A stretch of DNA of 64,000 bases from assembly GCA_963770895.1 (NCBI GenBank), contig CAVYRF010000002.1, forward strand, positions 3,328,001-3,392,000, written 5' to 3'. Below, one piece after another: positions 39,338 to 49,625 of the stretch (positions are counted from its first letter, which is position 1; each line of letters starts with the position of its first letter). The translations under genes were made by a program, and so were the position numbers. The notes beneath the pieces were generated by a model. It was not told the DNA's origin. It ran no database searches and saw nothing but the letters and a program-made list of their open reading frames with translations. The DNA is from an uncultured Acidobacteriota bacterium (GTDB lineage Bacteria > Acidobacteriota > Thermoanaerobaculia > Multivoradales > UBA5704).

Positions 39338-41149
39338 TCAGTGGAAGAAGCCGTCCAGAGTCGTGACGTGCTTCTTGATTTCGCCCCAATACTCGGCCGT
39401 GGTGGGGCCCATGGGGTCGCGCCGCATGACTTCGTCGATCTCCCGGAATTTACGCACCAGGTCTTTTGCCTGCACCTTGAGCTCCATCTGATCGGCCTCC
39501 AGCGAGGCATGCGGCCGCAGGCGTTGCGCCAAGCCCTTAAAACCTGTGCCGGTCGCCTTCTGATATGCGCTTTTCAGCTCATCGGTCAAGGACTTGAAGT
39601 CCCCCAGCAGGCGCAGTCCGGCATTGCTCTTTTGCGGATCGTGTTCTGCGGCGTCGTACGCATCGTCGGCCAGGGGAGCCAGGGCAAAGATGACCTCCTT
39701 CATCCTGGTAAGGTCGCTCACTCTGAGGTCCGAGGCGGACGCCGGCGGCGCCGGCTCGGCCGCGCGCGCCACCTTGGCGGTTTCGGCGTCGGCGGGCGCC
39801 GGCGCGGCGGGCTCCGGCGGCGGCGATTTGACGGCATCCGGCGGCAGGGTTCGTGTTTTCTTTGCCTGCGCAAGCTTGGGTTTGGGGGCCGTCGGCGGGC
39901 TCTCGACGTCGGTCGGCGCTGCCGCGTCGGGCGATGAAGTGGGCGGCTGCGCGGCTGCCAACAAGGCCTGGGCAGGCTGGGAGGCCGGCGCCCGCTGGAG
40001 AGGCATCGCCGGCTGCAAGGGGGCTGGCGCCGTGCCAGGTGGCGCGACCAGGGCGACCGCCGCGGGAGGAGGAGCGCTGGCGGCGGGTTGACCGTGCAGC
40101 GCCAAGGCCAGCACGAGGGCCGTACCGGCTGCCACCAACACCGCAGCCGCCGCCAGAATCCAGACGCCGCGCCCCTGCAGCAGCGCGCCCAGCCCGGACC
40201 TGGATACGGGGTTCTGGCCGGAAGCCAGCGCCGCACCCGGATGGGACTGCGCATCCAGGACCGTTGGGTGCGGGGTGAGCATGGCCTGCGGTGCCGCTGG
40301 CGTCGTTGGCTGCGAAGGGGGCGGCTGCGTCGCCGGAGCGGCCTCTTGCAAGGCGCGCAGAAAAGCGCCGGCGCTCGGAAAGCGATCGTCGGGGGCCTTG
40401 CTGAGAGCCACTTCGATCGCTCGCAACACGCCAGGTGGCAGGTCCGGGTTGAGCGTCGCCAGATCCGGCGGCGGCGACTCGATGTGCTGCTTCTTGATCG
40501 CATACTCGGTATCGGCGTCGAACGGTGGCTGGCCGGCAAGCATTTCAAATAAGACCACGGCGGCGCTGTAGATATCGCTGCGGTGATCGACGGTGCGCGG
40601 ATAGAGAATCTGCTCGGGCGACATGTAAATGGGAGTACCGATCGAGGATTGCGAGGCCGTCAAGCGCTTGTCGCCGATAAGCAGCGCGATGCCGAAGTCC
40701 ATGAGCTTGACCCGGCCTTGGGCCGTGATCAGAGCATTGGAAGGCTTTACGTCGCGATGAATCACGCCTTCCGAATGAGCATAGTCGAGTGCCGCGAGGA
40801 TCTGGCCGAAGATGCCCATCGCCTCGCCGAGCGCCATGCCGTGTCCGGCGGCCGCCTTGAGCCGCTGATCGAGCCCTTCGCCGGGGACCAGCTCCATGAC
40901 GATGAAGTACTCGCCGGCGTCCTCGACCAGGTCGTAGACCGCAATGATGTTGGGGTGGTGAAGGTGGGCTTGCGTCTTCGCCTCGGCGAAGAAGCGCTCC
41001 TTGAATTCGGGCTGCCGGGTCAGCTCGGGCGCCAGGGCTTTGATGGCCACCGCACGCCCCAGGTGATCGTGCACGCCGCGATAGACGACCCCCATGCCGC
41101 CGCGTCCGATGAGTCCCTCAATCCGGTAGTGTCCGACGTTGGATCTCAC
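39338..41149 (-). CDS. Membrane Ser/Thr protein kinase (Hanks type)
   Basis: GRGGMGVVY, VAIK, HRDVKPSN, DFG, YMSPEQ; one TM segment and a Pro/Ala-rich linker. Confidence 0.95.
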   Translation of the reverse strand: MRSNVGHYRIEGLIGRGGMGVVYRGVHDHLGRAVAIKALAPELTRQPEFKERFFAEAKTQAHLHHPNIIAVYDLVEDAGEYFIVMELVPGEGLDQRLKAAAGHGMALGEAMGIFGQILAALDYAHSEGVIHRDVKPSNALITAQGRVKLMDFGIALLIGDKRLTASQSSIGTPIYMSPEQILYPRTVDHRSDIYSAAVVLFEMLAGQPPFDADTEYAIKKQHIESPPPDLATLNPDLPPGVLRAIEVALSKAPDDRFPSAGAFLRALQEAAPATQPPPSQPTTPAAPQAMLTPHPTVLDAQSHPGAALASGQNPVSRSGLGALLQGRGVWILAAAAVLVAAGTALVLALALHGQPAASAPPPAAVALVAPPGTAPAPLQPAMPLQRAPASQPAQALLAAAQPPTSSPDAAAPTDVESPPTAPKPKLAQAKKTRTLPPDAVKSPPPEPAAPAPADAETAKVARAAEPAPPASASDLRVSDLTRMKEVIFALAPLADDAYDAAEHDPQKSNAGLRLLGDFKSLTDELKSAYQKATGTGFKGLAQRLRPHASLEADQMELKVQAKDLVRKFREIDEVMRRDPMGPTTAEYWGEIKKHVTTLDGFFH

Positions 41150-41496
41150 GATCCCTCTCCTTTGCAATCAAGCGTGGTGGGCCTGGGCTCACGCCGGAAG
41201 CTCGATCCGCTCGCCCAGCGGCCAGCAATGTCATCTTCTGTAAGTGGGCGACAGCATACCATTCAACAGAATAACTTCAATCACTCATCGAGTCATACAC
41301 AAGTCACAATATTTAGGCAACTGCATGTGTTTGCACCTGCGCGCGCTGTTCTCTATGATCGGTTTCACGATCGGTAGGTACACCTGCGAAGGAGGCGCCG
41401 GAATGCATGCGGATGCCTCCGCAGAGCTGGCGGCGGATGGCGGTTGCGGCGCTCCCGAAGCGTCCAAACCGCGGGACCCGAGGGAGGCACCGCAGC

Positions 41497-42339
41497 ATGG
41501 AGGCAAAGCTGGAGACCGTCGTGACGCCTTGCTTCGAGGTGGAGCTCGGCCTGGTGTCGGAGTGTGGTCCCGCGCGCTCGGAAAATGAGGACGCCGCCGC
41601 CGCGTGGCATGAAGCGCAGGCGATCGCGGCGCTGGTGGTGGCAGACGGGATGGGTGGTCACCGCGGCGGCCGCGAGGCGGCCGAGATCGTGGTGCGCTGC
41701 AGCTTGGACAGCGTTCGTGAGCTGGCGGCGGCCACGGCGCCCAGTTGGAGCGACATGCTGCGCAGTGCCATGGCCAGCGCGCATGAACAGGTGCTGGCGG
41801 CAGCGCGCGGCACGCGGGACGACGGCAGCGGACGAGCGCTGGCGGGCATGGGAGCCACTGCCGTTCTCGCCGTTGTCGACCTGGCGGCGACTCCCATCCT
41901 GCACGTCGCGCACGTCGGCGACAGCCGCGCCTACCTGTTTCGCGGCACGTCGCTGATGCGCTTGACCCGCGACCACTCGCTGGTCGGCAGGATGGTGGCG
42001 GACGGCCTGCTGACCGAAGCCGCGGCATTCAGACATCCCGACAGCAACGTCATCGAAAGAGCCATCGGGCAATCGGAACCGCTGACTGCGGAGATAGAGA
42101 CGGCGCTGCTGCTCATGGCAGGCGACCTGGTGCTGCTCACCACCGACGGCCTGCATGGAGCATTGCCGGACGACGCCATCCGCCAGCTGCTGCTCGACGC
42201 CGGCTCGGCACAGGCGGCGTGCGAGGAGCTGGCGGCGGCCGCGCTTGCCGCCGACGGCCAGGACAACGTCACGGTCGGCTGCATGAAGCTCGTCGAGCTC
42301 GACGGATTCAGCCGGCGCCCAACCCGCGTCGAGGCGTGA
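41497..42339 (+). CDS. PP2C-family Ser/Thr phosphatase
   Basis: RSENED, VADGMGGH.GG, HVGDSRAY, DHS, TDGL, DNVT. Confidence 0.95.
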   Translation: MEAKLETVVTPCFEVELGLVSECGPARSENEDAAAAWHEAQAIAALVVADGMGGHRGGREAAEIVVRCSLDSVRELAAATAPSWSDMLRSAMASAHEQVLAAARGTRDDGSGRALAGMGATAVLAVVDLAATPILHVAHVGDSRAYLFRGTSLMRLTRDHSLVGRMVADGLLTEAAAFRHPDSNVIERAIGQSEPLTAEIETALLLMAGDLVLLTTDGLHGALPDDAIRQLLLDAGSAQAACEELAAAALAADGQDNVTVGCMKLVELDGFSRRPTRVEA

Positions 42340-42364
42340 GCGCGCGAATCGCCAGAGGAGCTCG

Positions 42365-43198
42365 ATGATTGAATGTTCCAGCTGTCACACCTTGAATCCC
42401 GAAGGCGAAGCGAAGTGCCTGCTCTGCCGCGCCGAGCTGGCGCTTCCGCAGCGCGCCGCCGCCGCGGTGCGCTGCGCCGCCGGCCACCCGATCGATCCGA
42501 GCTGGCGCAGCTGCCCGTATTGCGAGCGCCAGGCAGGTGGGCAAAGCCAGTCAAGCTCGCCGCGGACCGATCTGGGCGGCACCGTTCCGCCCCGTCCGAC
42601 GCTCGTCGAGGAGCAACCCACAGCCCAGTTGCGGCACCAGCGAGCGAGCGCTGCTGCCGCGGGCGCAGTCAGGGCGACGCGGCTGGAGTCTCCCGCAAAC
42701 CAGCTTCTGCCGCACCCGACCGTGCTGTCGAGCGCGGTTCCGGCGCCGCCGGGTGCAGGGGCGGCACCCGCCGTTCCCGGTACCCGTGTGCTTGACGCGA
42801 CAGCGGGTGCCGCCGCGCCGGCACTCGACACGCGCCCCCTGGTGGCGGTCCTGGCGGCACCGCTGCTACGCGCCGGTGGCGCGGTCTTCGCGGTGCGGGC
42901 GGGCAAGAATGTGCTCGGTGCAAGCGACGCCAGCGACATCTGCCTGGCAGAGGACCGGCGCGTCTCCGCCGAGCACGCCATCTTGTTATATCGCGGTGGT
43001 ACCTTCCAACTGGCGGATCGCATGTCGTCGAATGGCACATGGCTGAACGGCCGGGAGGTGCCTGCCAATGGCGCCGTCGAGGTGCGCGACCGCGATCGCA
43101 TTCGTTGCGGCGGTGTCGAGCTTGTGCTGCTGGTGATCGACGGAGCCGCCGGCAGCGCCGCGGCGGCAAGCGAACCAGGCCGATCGATCTCAGGCTGA
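42365..43198 (+). CDS. Zinc-ribbon + FHA domain protein
   Basis: CxxC..CxxC, CxxGH..CPYC; FHA motifs VSAEHA and SSNGTWLNG. Confidence 0.85.
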   Translation: MIECSSCHTLNPEGEAKCLLCRAELALPQRAAAAVRCAAGHPIDPSWRSCPYCERQAGGQSQSSSPRTDLGGTVPPRPTLVEEQPTAQLRHQRASAAAAGAVRATRLESPANQLLPHPTVLSSAVPAPPGAGAAPAVPGTRVLDATAGAAAPALDTRPLVAVLAAPLLRAGGAVFAVRAGKNVLGASDASDICLAEDRRVSAEHAILLYRGGTFQLADRMSSNGTWLNGREVPANGAVEVRDRDRIRCGGVELVLLVIDGAAGSAAAASEPGRSISG

Positions 43199-43217
43199 AA
43201 AGCGGAGGGATCCTAAA

Positions 43218-44780
43218 GTGTCAACGGTTGTGACTATCAAGTATTTTACCGGCTCGCTCGCCGGCCGCAGCCAGCCGCTCGTTCTCAACGAAGGCCAGCG
43301 AGTGCGCATGGGCCGGGCGCAGGACTCCGACATCAGGTTCATCGATGCAATCGACGATTCGGTAAGCAGCCTGCACGCGGAGCTGAGCCTGCAACAGGGC
43401 CGCGTCTATCTCGAAGACAAGCGCAGCACCAACGGCACTTTTGTCAATGGCGAACGCTGCGTCCCATTTCAGGCGATCGCCCTTGCCGACGGCAGCCGCA
43501 TCCGCCTGGGCAAGGAGGGCCCGGAAATGCAGCTCCTGGTGGAGGCGCCTGCCGCCGCCGCGGCGGGTGTTGCTGCGCGCAGCGTGGACCCGGCGGCGCC
43601 GGCGGCCTCAGCGGGAGCCGCGCCGGGAGGTGCGACGCTCGCCGGGACCGCCGCCACCGACGCCGGCTCGGGCTTGGTACCGGCAAAGGTGTCCGTTGGC
43701 CGCGCCACGCTGCTGCGCGAAATCGATCGCGCTCGCCAGGACGAGCGCAACGTCGTCTCCGGGCAGCTTGCCAACTCTCGACGCAACACCGGCGTCTGGG
43801 TTGCGCTCGGGCTCGTTTTCGTGCTGGTGCTGGCCGCTCTCGGCATCGGCGGTGTGGTGCTCTGGAATCGCCGCCAGCTCGAAGCCCAGCGCGCGACCAC
43901 CAGCGCCGAGGTCGCCAAGGCCGAGACGGACGCGGCGCGGGCGGCAAGCTTGGCAAAGGAAAACGTCTGGGCGAGCGTCGAGCGCCATGCTGGGCCGGCG
44001 GTGGTTCACATTCGCTGCGGGTTCCGCGTCTTCCGGCCGAGAATCGCGCACAAGCTGACCAGCGCGACGGCGCAACTTGTCGAAACCAGGGGCGAGTTTT
44101 ATCAAGAAGAAGCGGTCGAAGGTTCCGGTGTCCTGGTGAAGCCCGGGCTCGTGCTGACGGCCAGGCATCTGATCGAACCCTGGCAGTTTGAGTTCAAGCC
44201 GTGGAGCGATCTCGAGCGCCGCGGCTGGAAGGCCGAGGACCAGATGCTCGAAGTCCAGTTTCCAGGTCAGCAGCCGATCAAGGCGAGCCTGGTCGCGGCC
44301 TCGGATAAATTCGACCTCGCACTGCTGCAGATTCAGCCAACCAACGCTCCGTATGTGGCCATAGCGAAGTCCAACGAGGGCGTGAAGGTGACGGACCGTA
44401 TCGCCGTGATCGGGTACCCCGCCGACGTCGGCCAGACGACGAGGCCGGTGGCGAAGCCGACCGGAGCCGGCTCGGAACCGGCGGAGGTGACCGACATTAC
44501 GCCGACCTTTGTCGTGGGCACGATCACCCAAGGAATCCACAGCGCACTGGACTACCAGAAGATTACCTTCGACGCCTCGATAACCAACGGCAACAGCGGC
44601 GGTGCGGTGCTCAACGAACGCGGCGAGCTGATCGGAATCGTCACGGCGCAGTACATCATGGATAAGAAAAAGGTGATCATGGGAGTTACCGTGTGGATGC
44701 AGGACCCCGTCCCTGGAGCCAACGTGGCAGTGAGCCCGCAAGCGATTCAAGAGTTCCTGCGCACGTACGGCATGACCTAG
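43218..44780 (+). CDS. FHA-TM-trypsin-like serine protease
   Basis: FHA motifs GR, VSSLHA, STNGTFVNG; TM helix; triad LTARH / DLALL / GNSGGA. Confidence 0.9.
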   Translation: MSTVVTIKYFTGSLAGRSQPLVLNEGQRVRMGRAQDSDIRFIDAIDDSVSSLHAELSLQQGRVYLEDKRSTNGTFVNGERCVPFQAIALADGSRIRLGKEGPEMQLLVEAPAAAAAGVAARSVDPAAPAASAGAAPGGATLAGTAATDAGSGLVPAKVSVGRATLLREIDRARQDERNVVSGQLANSRRNTGVWVALGLVFVLVLAALGIGGVVLWNRRQLEAQRATTSAEVAKAETDAARAASLAKENVWASVERHAGPAVVHIRCGFRVFRPRIAHKLTSATAQLVETRGEFYQEEAVEGSGVLVKPGLVLTARHLIEPWQFEFKPWSDLERRGWKAEDQMLEVQFPGQQPIKASLVAASDKFDLALLQIQPTNAPYVAIAKSNEGVKVTDRIAVIGYPADVGQTTRPVAKPTGAGSEPAEVTDITPTFVVGTITQGIHSALDYQKITFDASITNGNSGGAVLNERGELIGIVTAQYIMDKKKVIMGVTVWMQDPVPGANVAVSPQAIQEFLRTYGMT

Positions 44781-44809
44781 CCTGCGTTCCATAGCTAAGC
44801 TCAGCCGCA

Positions 44810-45754
44810 ATGGTTTACGACCTCTTCATCAGCTACGCGACCAAGGATGCCGCGAGCGCCAAGGCGATCTGCCAAGCGCTGGAGGCCAGGGGCCTGGTCT
44901 GCTGGATCTCGCCGCGCGACATCGTTCCCGGCACGGACTATTCCACCGCGCTGGCGCAAGCCATTCCTTCCTGTTGCCTGTTCTTGCTGCTGCTTTCCCG
45001 TCACTCCAACGAGTCACCCTGGGTGCATCGCGAATTGGAGCGTGCGATCAGCCGTGGAAAGCCGGTGCTGACGGTACGCCTGGAGAAGGTCGCCCCCAAC
45101 GAACACCTGGAGCTGTTCATCTCGAGCTCGCAGTGGTTCGATGCGTTTGGGCTCAGGCCATCGTCCTACCTCCCGGACCTGGGAGACAAGATTCGCCTGC
45201 TGCTCGGCCCTTCACGCGATGGCGGTGTGGCCGCTGCGCCCGCCGTCGAAGGCAAGTTGCCTCGCCCCGCGCCACCGGCCGGAGAAGTTCAGCAAGGCGG
45301 CGCAGCCGTCGATCCAAAGCCGCAGCTTCAAGTGAGCGACGCTGGCGCCGTGAAAGTTAGAAGCGGCACGGATGCCCACTCTCCAACCGCACCGATGGCG
45401 CCTTTACGTAGGCGCAGTGTGCTGCTGGCAGCAGTGGGGGTGCTGCTGGTGCTTGCGGTAGGTGGCGTGGCCTTCCTTGGCATGGTCGTCAGACCTGCAC
45501 CCGGTGAGCAACCCTCGCCTGCCCAAAGCGGGGAGCCGCAGGGGCCATCGCCCGAGCAGACGATCACGAAGTTCCAGGAGGCTGAGAAGAGCTTCGCGGA
45601 CACGATCGCGAATGGAACCTGCTCGCCGACCTCTGACGAGTATCAAGCCCTTGAGACATCTGCCGGCAAGGCGCCCGTGTCGGAGGAGGGTTGGATGAGG
45701 AGAGATATGAATAATCTCCTCACGGAATGTGAAAAAGAAACGGGTGGGCCATGA
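44810..45754 (+). CDS. TIR-domain membrane protein
   Basis: YDLFISY, W...RDI.PG, SNESPWVHREL (conserved Glu); single TM helix. Confidence 0.88.
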   Translation: MVYDLFISYATKDAASAKAICQALEARGLVCWISPRDIVPGTDYSTALAQAIPSCCLFLLLLSRHSNESPWVHRELERAISRGKPVLTVRLEKVAPNEHLELFISSSQWFDAFGLRPSSYLPDLGDKIRLLLGPSRDGGVAAAPAVEGKLPRPAPPAGEVQQGGAAVDPKPQLQVSDAGAVKVRSGTDAHSPTAPMAPLRRRSVLLAAVGVLLVLAVGGVAFLGMVVRPAPGEQPSPAQSGEPQGPSPEQTITKFQEAEKSFADTIANGTCSPTSDEYQALETSAGKAPVSEEGWMRRDMNNLLTECEKETGGP

Positions 45755-45817
45755 CCACGGCAGACAGATGGTGGGTGACTCTTAAAGTACGTCGCTTGCA
45801 GGGTAAGGGGCGCTGAC

Positions 45818-46927
45818 ATGTTGATCGGTGACGGGGTGCGAGGAGGTGGGGTGAAGCTGCGCCAAGGGTGCCGGCGTGCCTGCCGGATGACGTTCGCCGT
45901 ATGTGCGGTGCTGCAATGGGGGATGACGGCAGGCGCTCATGCGGCCACGACAACCGCCGCGAGCTCCGGCACCGTGGGCAAGGCCGGCGATGCACCGTAT
46001 GTGCTGCTCCGGTTTGCCGCTGAGGCGGGAAGTCAGGTCGGCAGCGATGAGCGCCGCGAGGCGCTGACGCAGGCCCTGATCGCGAGCGCTAGCGCCGCGC
46101 ATGTCCTGATCTGTCGTCACGGCGTCGCCGCGGCCGGGGGGCCCTCCTTCGATCGGATGTGCTCCGAGCCCAACCGGGCGATTCCGGAGCTGTGGTGGGA
46201 TGCGGCCATCGCGATCCATCGGGCCGGCGAGACGACGGTCACCTGTTCGCTGCAGCTGGCGCTGGGTGACAGGGCTCCGAAGGCGGCGCCGGCGTTCTTT
46301 CTGACGCCTCCGATCACGCTTCCCGCAGATCTCGGTGCTGCGAGCGTCGAAGGCGCTGCCCTCCGCGAGGTCAGCGCGGAGATCGCCGCCAATCCTTACC
46401 TGGTTGCGTGGTTCAGGCAGGTGGCGAAGCTGCCTGGACCGACGGGCGCAAAGGCGGCGGAGACCCCGCCAGCGGCTCCGCCAGCTGCAGCCGAACGTCC
46501 CGCGCGCGAGCCGGCTGTGGCCGCAACCAAGGCGGCTGGCGCAGGCAGCGGCAAGGCGCCGCCGCCTCCCCCCCAGGCGGAAACGTCCTTCACCGTGCGG
46601 CAAGCGGTGATTGGCGAGGGCTTCGGCGGCGGCGCGGACGGGTACCTGCGAATCGGCAGCGAGGGAGTGGCTTTCAGCCGCAAGGAGCAGGGGCCAGCCG
46701 AGTGGACGATCCGGTGGAAAGACCTGGCTTCGGCCTCCCAGAACGATGGTATCTGGGACGCTCCCTTCGTGATCGCCCTGGTGGAGAAGGGCGGCAGGGT
46801 GCGCTATCTCACCCGCACTGACGGGCGCGGCCACTATCTCGCTGGCGACGCGGTGCTGGCCGCAATAACCCACCGGCGCGAATCGCCCCCCAAGACCGAC
46901 TCGAGCGAGGATGGGGTCCAAAAGTAG
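45818..46927 (+). CDS. Secreted hypothetical protein, possible PH-like C-terminus
   Basis: Signal-like N-terminus; Pro/Ala linker; GYLRIGSEGVAFS...WTIRWKDL; co-oriented with the FHA/TIR genes. Confidence 0.6.
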   Translation: MLIGDGVRGGGVKLRQGCRRACRMTFAVCAVLQWGMTAGAHAATTTAASSGTVGKAGDAPYVLLRFAAEAGSQVGSDERREALTQALIASASAAHVLICRHGVAAAGGPSFDRMCSEPNRAIPELWWDAAIAIHRAGETTVTCSLQLALGDRAPKAAPAFFLTPPITLPADLGAASVEGAALREVSAEIAANPYLVAWFRQVAKLPGPTGAKAAETPPAAPPAAAERPAREPAVAATKAAGAGSGKAPPPPPQAETSFTVRQAVIGEGFGGGADGYLRIGSEGVAFSRKEQGPAEWTIRWKDLASASQNDGIWDAPFVIALVEKGGRVRYLTRTDGRGHYLAGDAVLAAITHRRESPPKTDSSEDGVQK

Positions 46928-47383
46928 CGCCCGCGCCACCGCCTTCCCGCCCCGGAGCTGCTTGACCGCGCAACGGCGCGACGGCGACGCTGCTGTCGGA
47001 TCCTATAGTAAATGGCGCCACCCGCACTCCGTGGCGAACGTCGCGGGGTGCAGGGTGGCTGCGGTGCAGCTGGTGCAGCGCTTAAAGCGACAGGGAAGCG
47101 GCCAGCACGTGCCTGGGGTAGGGGGATACCCACTGCGTTGCCGGCGCGGGGGTATCGCCGGAAGATCAGGCCCTGATAGCAGGACACTCCAGCATTGCCG
47201 CGGCACATTTACAGGTAGACCTCGGCGCGCGTGACGCTCGCCGGAGGCACCCGAGAGGAGAACGGAATGAAGATCCGGTTGGGACTGCTGTTCACGAGCA
47301 TCCTGCTGGTCGCGGCCACGGCTGCTGCCGCATCTCCGGCCGCCGCGTCGCCCCCCGCGCCACCCGCCCTGCAGGCTGGCGGC

Positions 47384-48809
47384 GGGGATGTCCCACTTTC
47401 CGTTGAAAGTCGACGGCGAAGTTGGCGGTAGTTTCACGCAGTGAGCGTCTCCTGGTCAAGCTTTTCTGGGTAAGAAGGGGCAGACCGAGCGAGGGCGATG
47501 CTGAGAGCCGGCAGGTCGCGGTAGCCCTTGATGCGACGGAAGCGCTTCTCGGCTTCGAGGATCCCGGTGACCGCCCAGCGCAAGACCATCGTCCCTCCTC
47601 GCCAGCGCTTGACACGGCGAGCCAGGTGCTTCAGAGCACTGTTGAGATTCTCGATTGGATTGGTCGAGCGCAAACTGCGAGTGAGCGTCGCCGACATGCG
47701 CAGGCCGATGATTGTTAAGGTTTCATCGAGACCTTCCCGCAACGACGACGCTGCGCCTGGATGCGCCTCTTCCAGTTGCTCTGCCAAGCCCACGAGGCGC
47801 TTCCGGGCTTGCTCGACAGAGCCAGCGGCCCAAGCCTTCCGGATCACCGTTCGCACCCACGCGTGCTTACTATCAGGTAAATGATCGATCACGTTGCGCA
47901 TCTTGTGGATCTGGCAGCGTTGGATCAATGCCCAGCCCGCAAAAGTCTTTCTAATCGCGGCACGCACGCCCTTGCCGCCGTCCACAACGAACAGGCGCAT
48001 CCGCTCTACCAGCAGGCCGCGCTCGATCAAGTTGCGCAGCAACGCCCGCCCTGCCTGCTCGCTCTCGCTGCTGCCTTCCACCACCCCCAGCACTCGCTTC
48101 GACCCATCCGCCTCGATGCCCATCGCCAACAGCAGCACATGGTCGCCAAGCACCGTGCCGTCGATCATGAGCACCGGGAAGTCCCTGCCTTCGAGGGACT
48201 CGGACAGCCGCTGGGTGATCTGCTGGCGGGTCCGCGCGACGAAGCGCCGGGACACGCTCGAACGGCTGACCGAGCACGAGTTCCGGCTCTCGGGCAGGGC
48301 CTCCAGGCTCCGGGCATACTTGCGCGTCGATACGCCCACGATCATCTGCTCGAGAGCTCGCTCGTCGAGAGGATCTTCCTGTCGCATCGCGACCCAACTC
48401 GGCAGCGCCAACTCCTCGCCCCCGACGGTGCGCACCCGCGGCCGGCCCAGCTGCACCTTGCGGCCTCCGAGGACCACGCGACCCTGCTCATGTCCGTAGC
48501 GATACGCCGTGCGCTGCGCTCCCTGCCGGCTGCCGGCAGGACCCACCAGCGCCTCGCGGTCCTCCTCCAGCATCGCCTCGAACACCGCGAGCCCCGTCGC
48601 CATCACCAGCTCCCGTAGCGCCTCTCCGGCTCGCACCAGCACGCCCCCCACGCCTACTCGCCGACAGGCTCCCTCGTGCCCAGCAGTTGCCTCTCTCCCT
48701 CTCGCCGTGGCACTCTTCTTCATGACGGTGACCCTCCTTTAGTTGGCACCCCCATGCTCTATGGGGGCGAGGATCGCCGTCAACTTTCAACGGATTCTGG
48801 GACAAGGCC
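47384..48809 (-). mobile_element. IS256-family insertion sequence
   Basis: Imperfect 36-bp IRs (GG..TGTCCCA..TCCGTTGAAAGT.GACGGCGA); 9-bp TSD GCTGGCGGC at 47375-47383 and 48810-48818. Confidence 0.93.
47434..48723 (-). CDS. IS256-family transposase
   Basis: GVSTRKY, MIDG, VDGGKG, QRCQIHKMRN, STNPIENLN. Confidence 0.95.
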   Translation of the reverse strand: MKKSATARGREATAGHEGACRRVGVGGVLVRAGEALRELVMATGLAVFEAMLEEDREALVGPAGSRQGAQRTAYRYGHEQGRVVLGGRKVQLGRPRVRTVGGEELALPSWVAMRQEDPLDERALEQMIVGVSTRKYARSLEALPESRNSCSVSRSSVSRRFVARTRQQITQRLSESLEGRDFPVLMIDGTVLGDHVLLLAMGIEADGSKRVLGVVEGSSESEQAGRALLRNLIERGLLVERMRLFVVDGGKGVRAAIRKTFAGWALIQRCQIHKMRNVIDHLPDSKHAWVRTVIRKAWAAGSVEQARKRLVGLAEQLEEAHPGAASSLREGLDETLTIIGLRMSATLTRSLRSTNPIENLNSALKHLARRVKRWRGGTMVLRWAVTGILEAEKRFRRIKGYRDLPALSIALARSAPSYPEKLDQETLTA

Positions 48810-49129
48810 GCTGGCGGCGCCGTCACGCCGGATTGCGGCCTATCGCCCGCCGCTCCCTTGACCACCTCCCTGACGTTCCCATCCTCGAGCCCCGCGCCGA
48901 CTTTTCTCGCCTCCGGTGTCACCTGTGGCTCGTGCAGCAGGAATCCTTGCGTGGGAGCGGCCTACAATTCTATTTGCGGTGAGCAGAACGACCAGTACGG
49001 GCTCTGCCTGTCGCCGCTGGGCAACAACTGCAGCGACGGCATCACGTTCAAGTGCCAGTGCTGGTACGGTCCGCTGCCGTAGCCCGTTGAGTGGCGCCGC
49101 CAGGCGGCGCCACGCCGCCGGCCCGGGCG

Positions 49130-49430
49130 GAGGCTGCTCATGCTCGGTGCAGCAGCGCGAGCAGGCGCTGCTGCACCTCCGGCCACTCCGTGCGAGGATC
49201 GTGTCGCGGGCCGTGACGGCCAGTCCGCGCCAGCGCGATCAACGGCCCTGTATCGGCAATGATTGCGGAGCTCAACGTGCGATTTCGACCTCATCTGCCA
49301 GCTCCTCGGAGCCGCATCGCACCGCCGGCACGGCCGCTTGGCCGAGCGTCTCCAAGAAGAGTTCCACGGGAAGCTCCGCCATCCTCGCCGCCTGAGCCAG
49401 GGTCAACTGCTCGTCGACCACCGTCACAGG
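49130..49430 (-). pseudogene. Remnant of a UPF0175 antitoxin / DUF3368 PIN toxin pair
   Basis: LTLAQAARMAELPVELFLETL..EELADEVEIAR overlapping the start of IIADTGPLIALA. Confidence 0.55.
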
Positions 49431-49625
49431 CCCGGTGTTCCTGGCCGTAGATCCAGGCGACTGGGGCGTAAGCACGGCAGGGCCGAGGAACTCTTCTGAA
49501 GCGTTCACCGCCTTCGGAGAAACCGGTGGCTCCCTGGGCGCTCGCCAAGCGCCGGCCGAAGTTCCAGCATGGCCGTAGCGTTGCCGGAACCACAATAGAA
49601 AACGCTCCACCGCCTCAGGGCAGGC

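Larger units (their letters stand above)
47267..49082 (+). pseudogene. Secreted Cys-rich miniprotein (126 aa reconstructed) interrupted by IS256
   Basis: Removing the IS and one TSD copy joins MKIRLGLL...QAGG (47267-47383) in frame with AVTPDCG...CQCWYGPLP (48819-49082). Confidence 0.8.
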
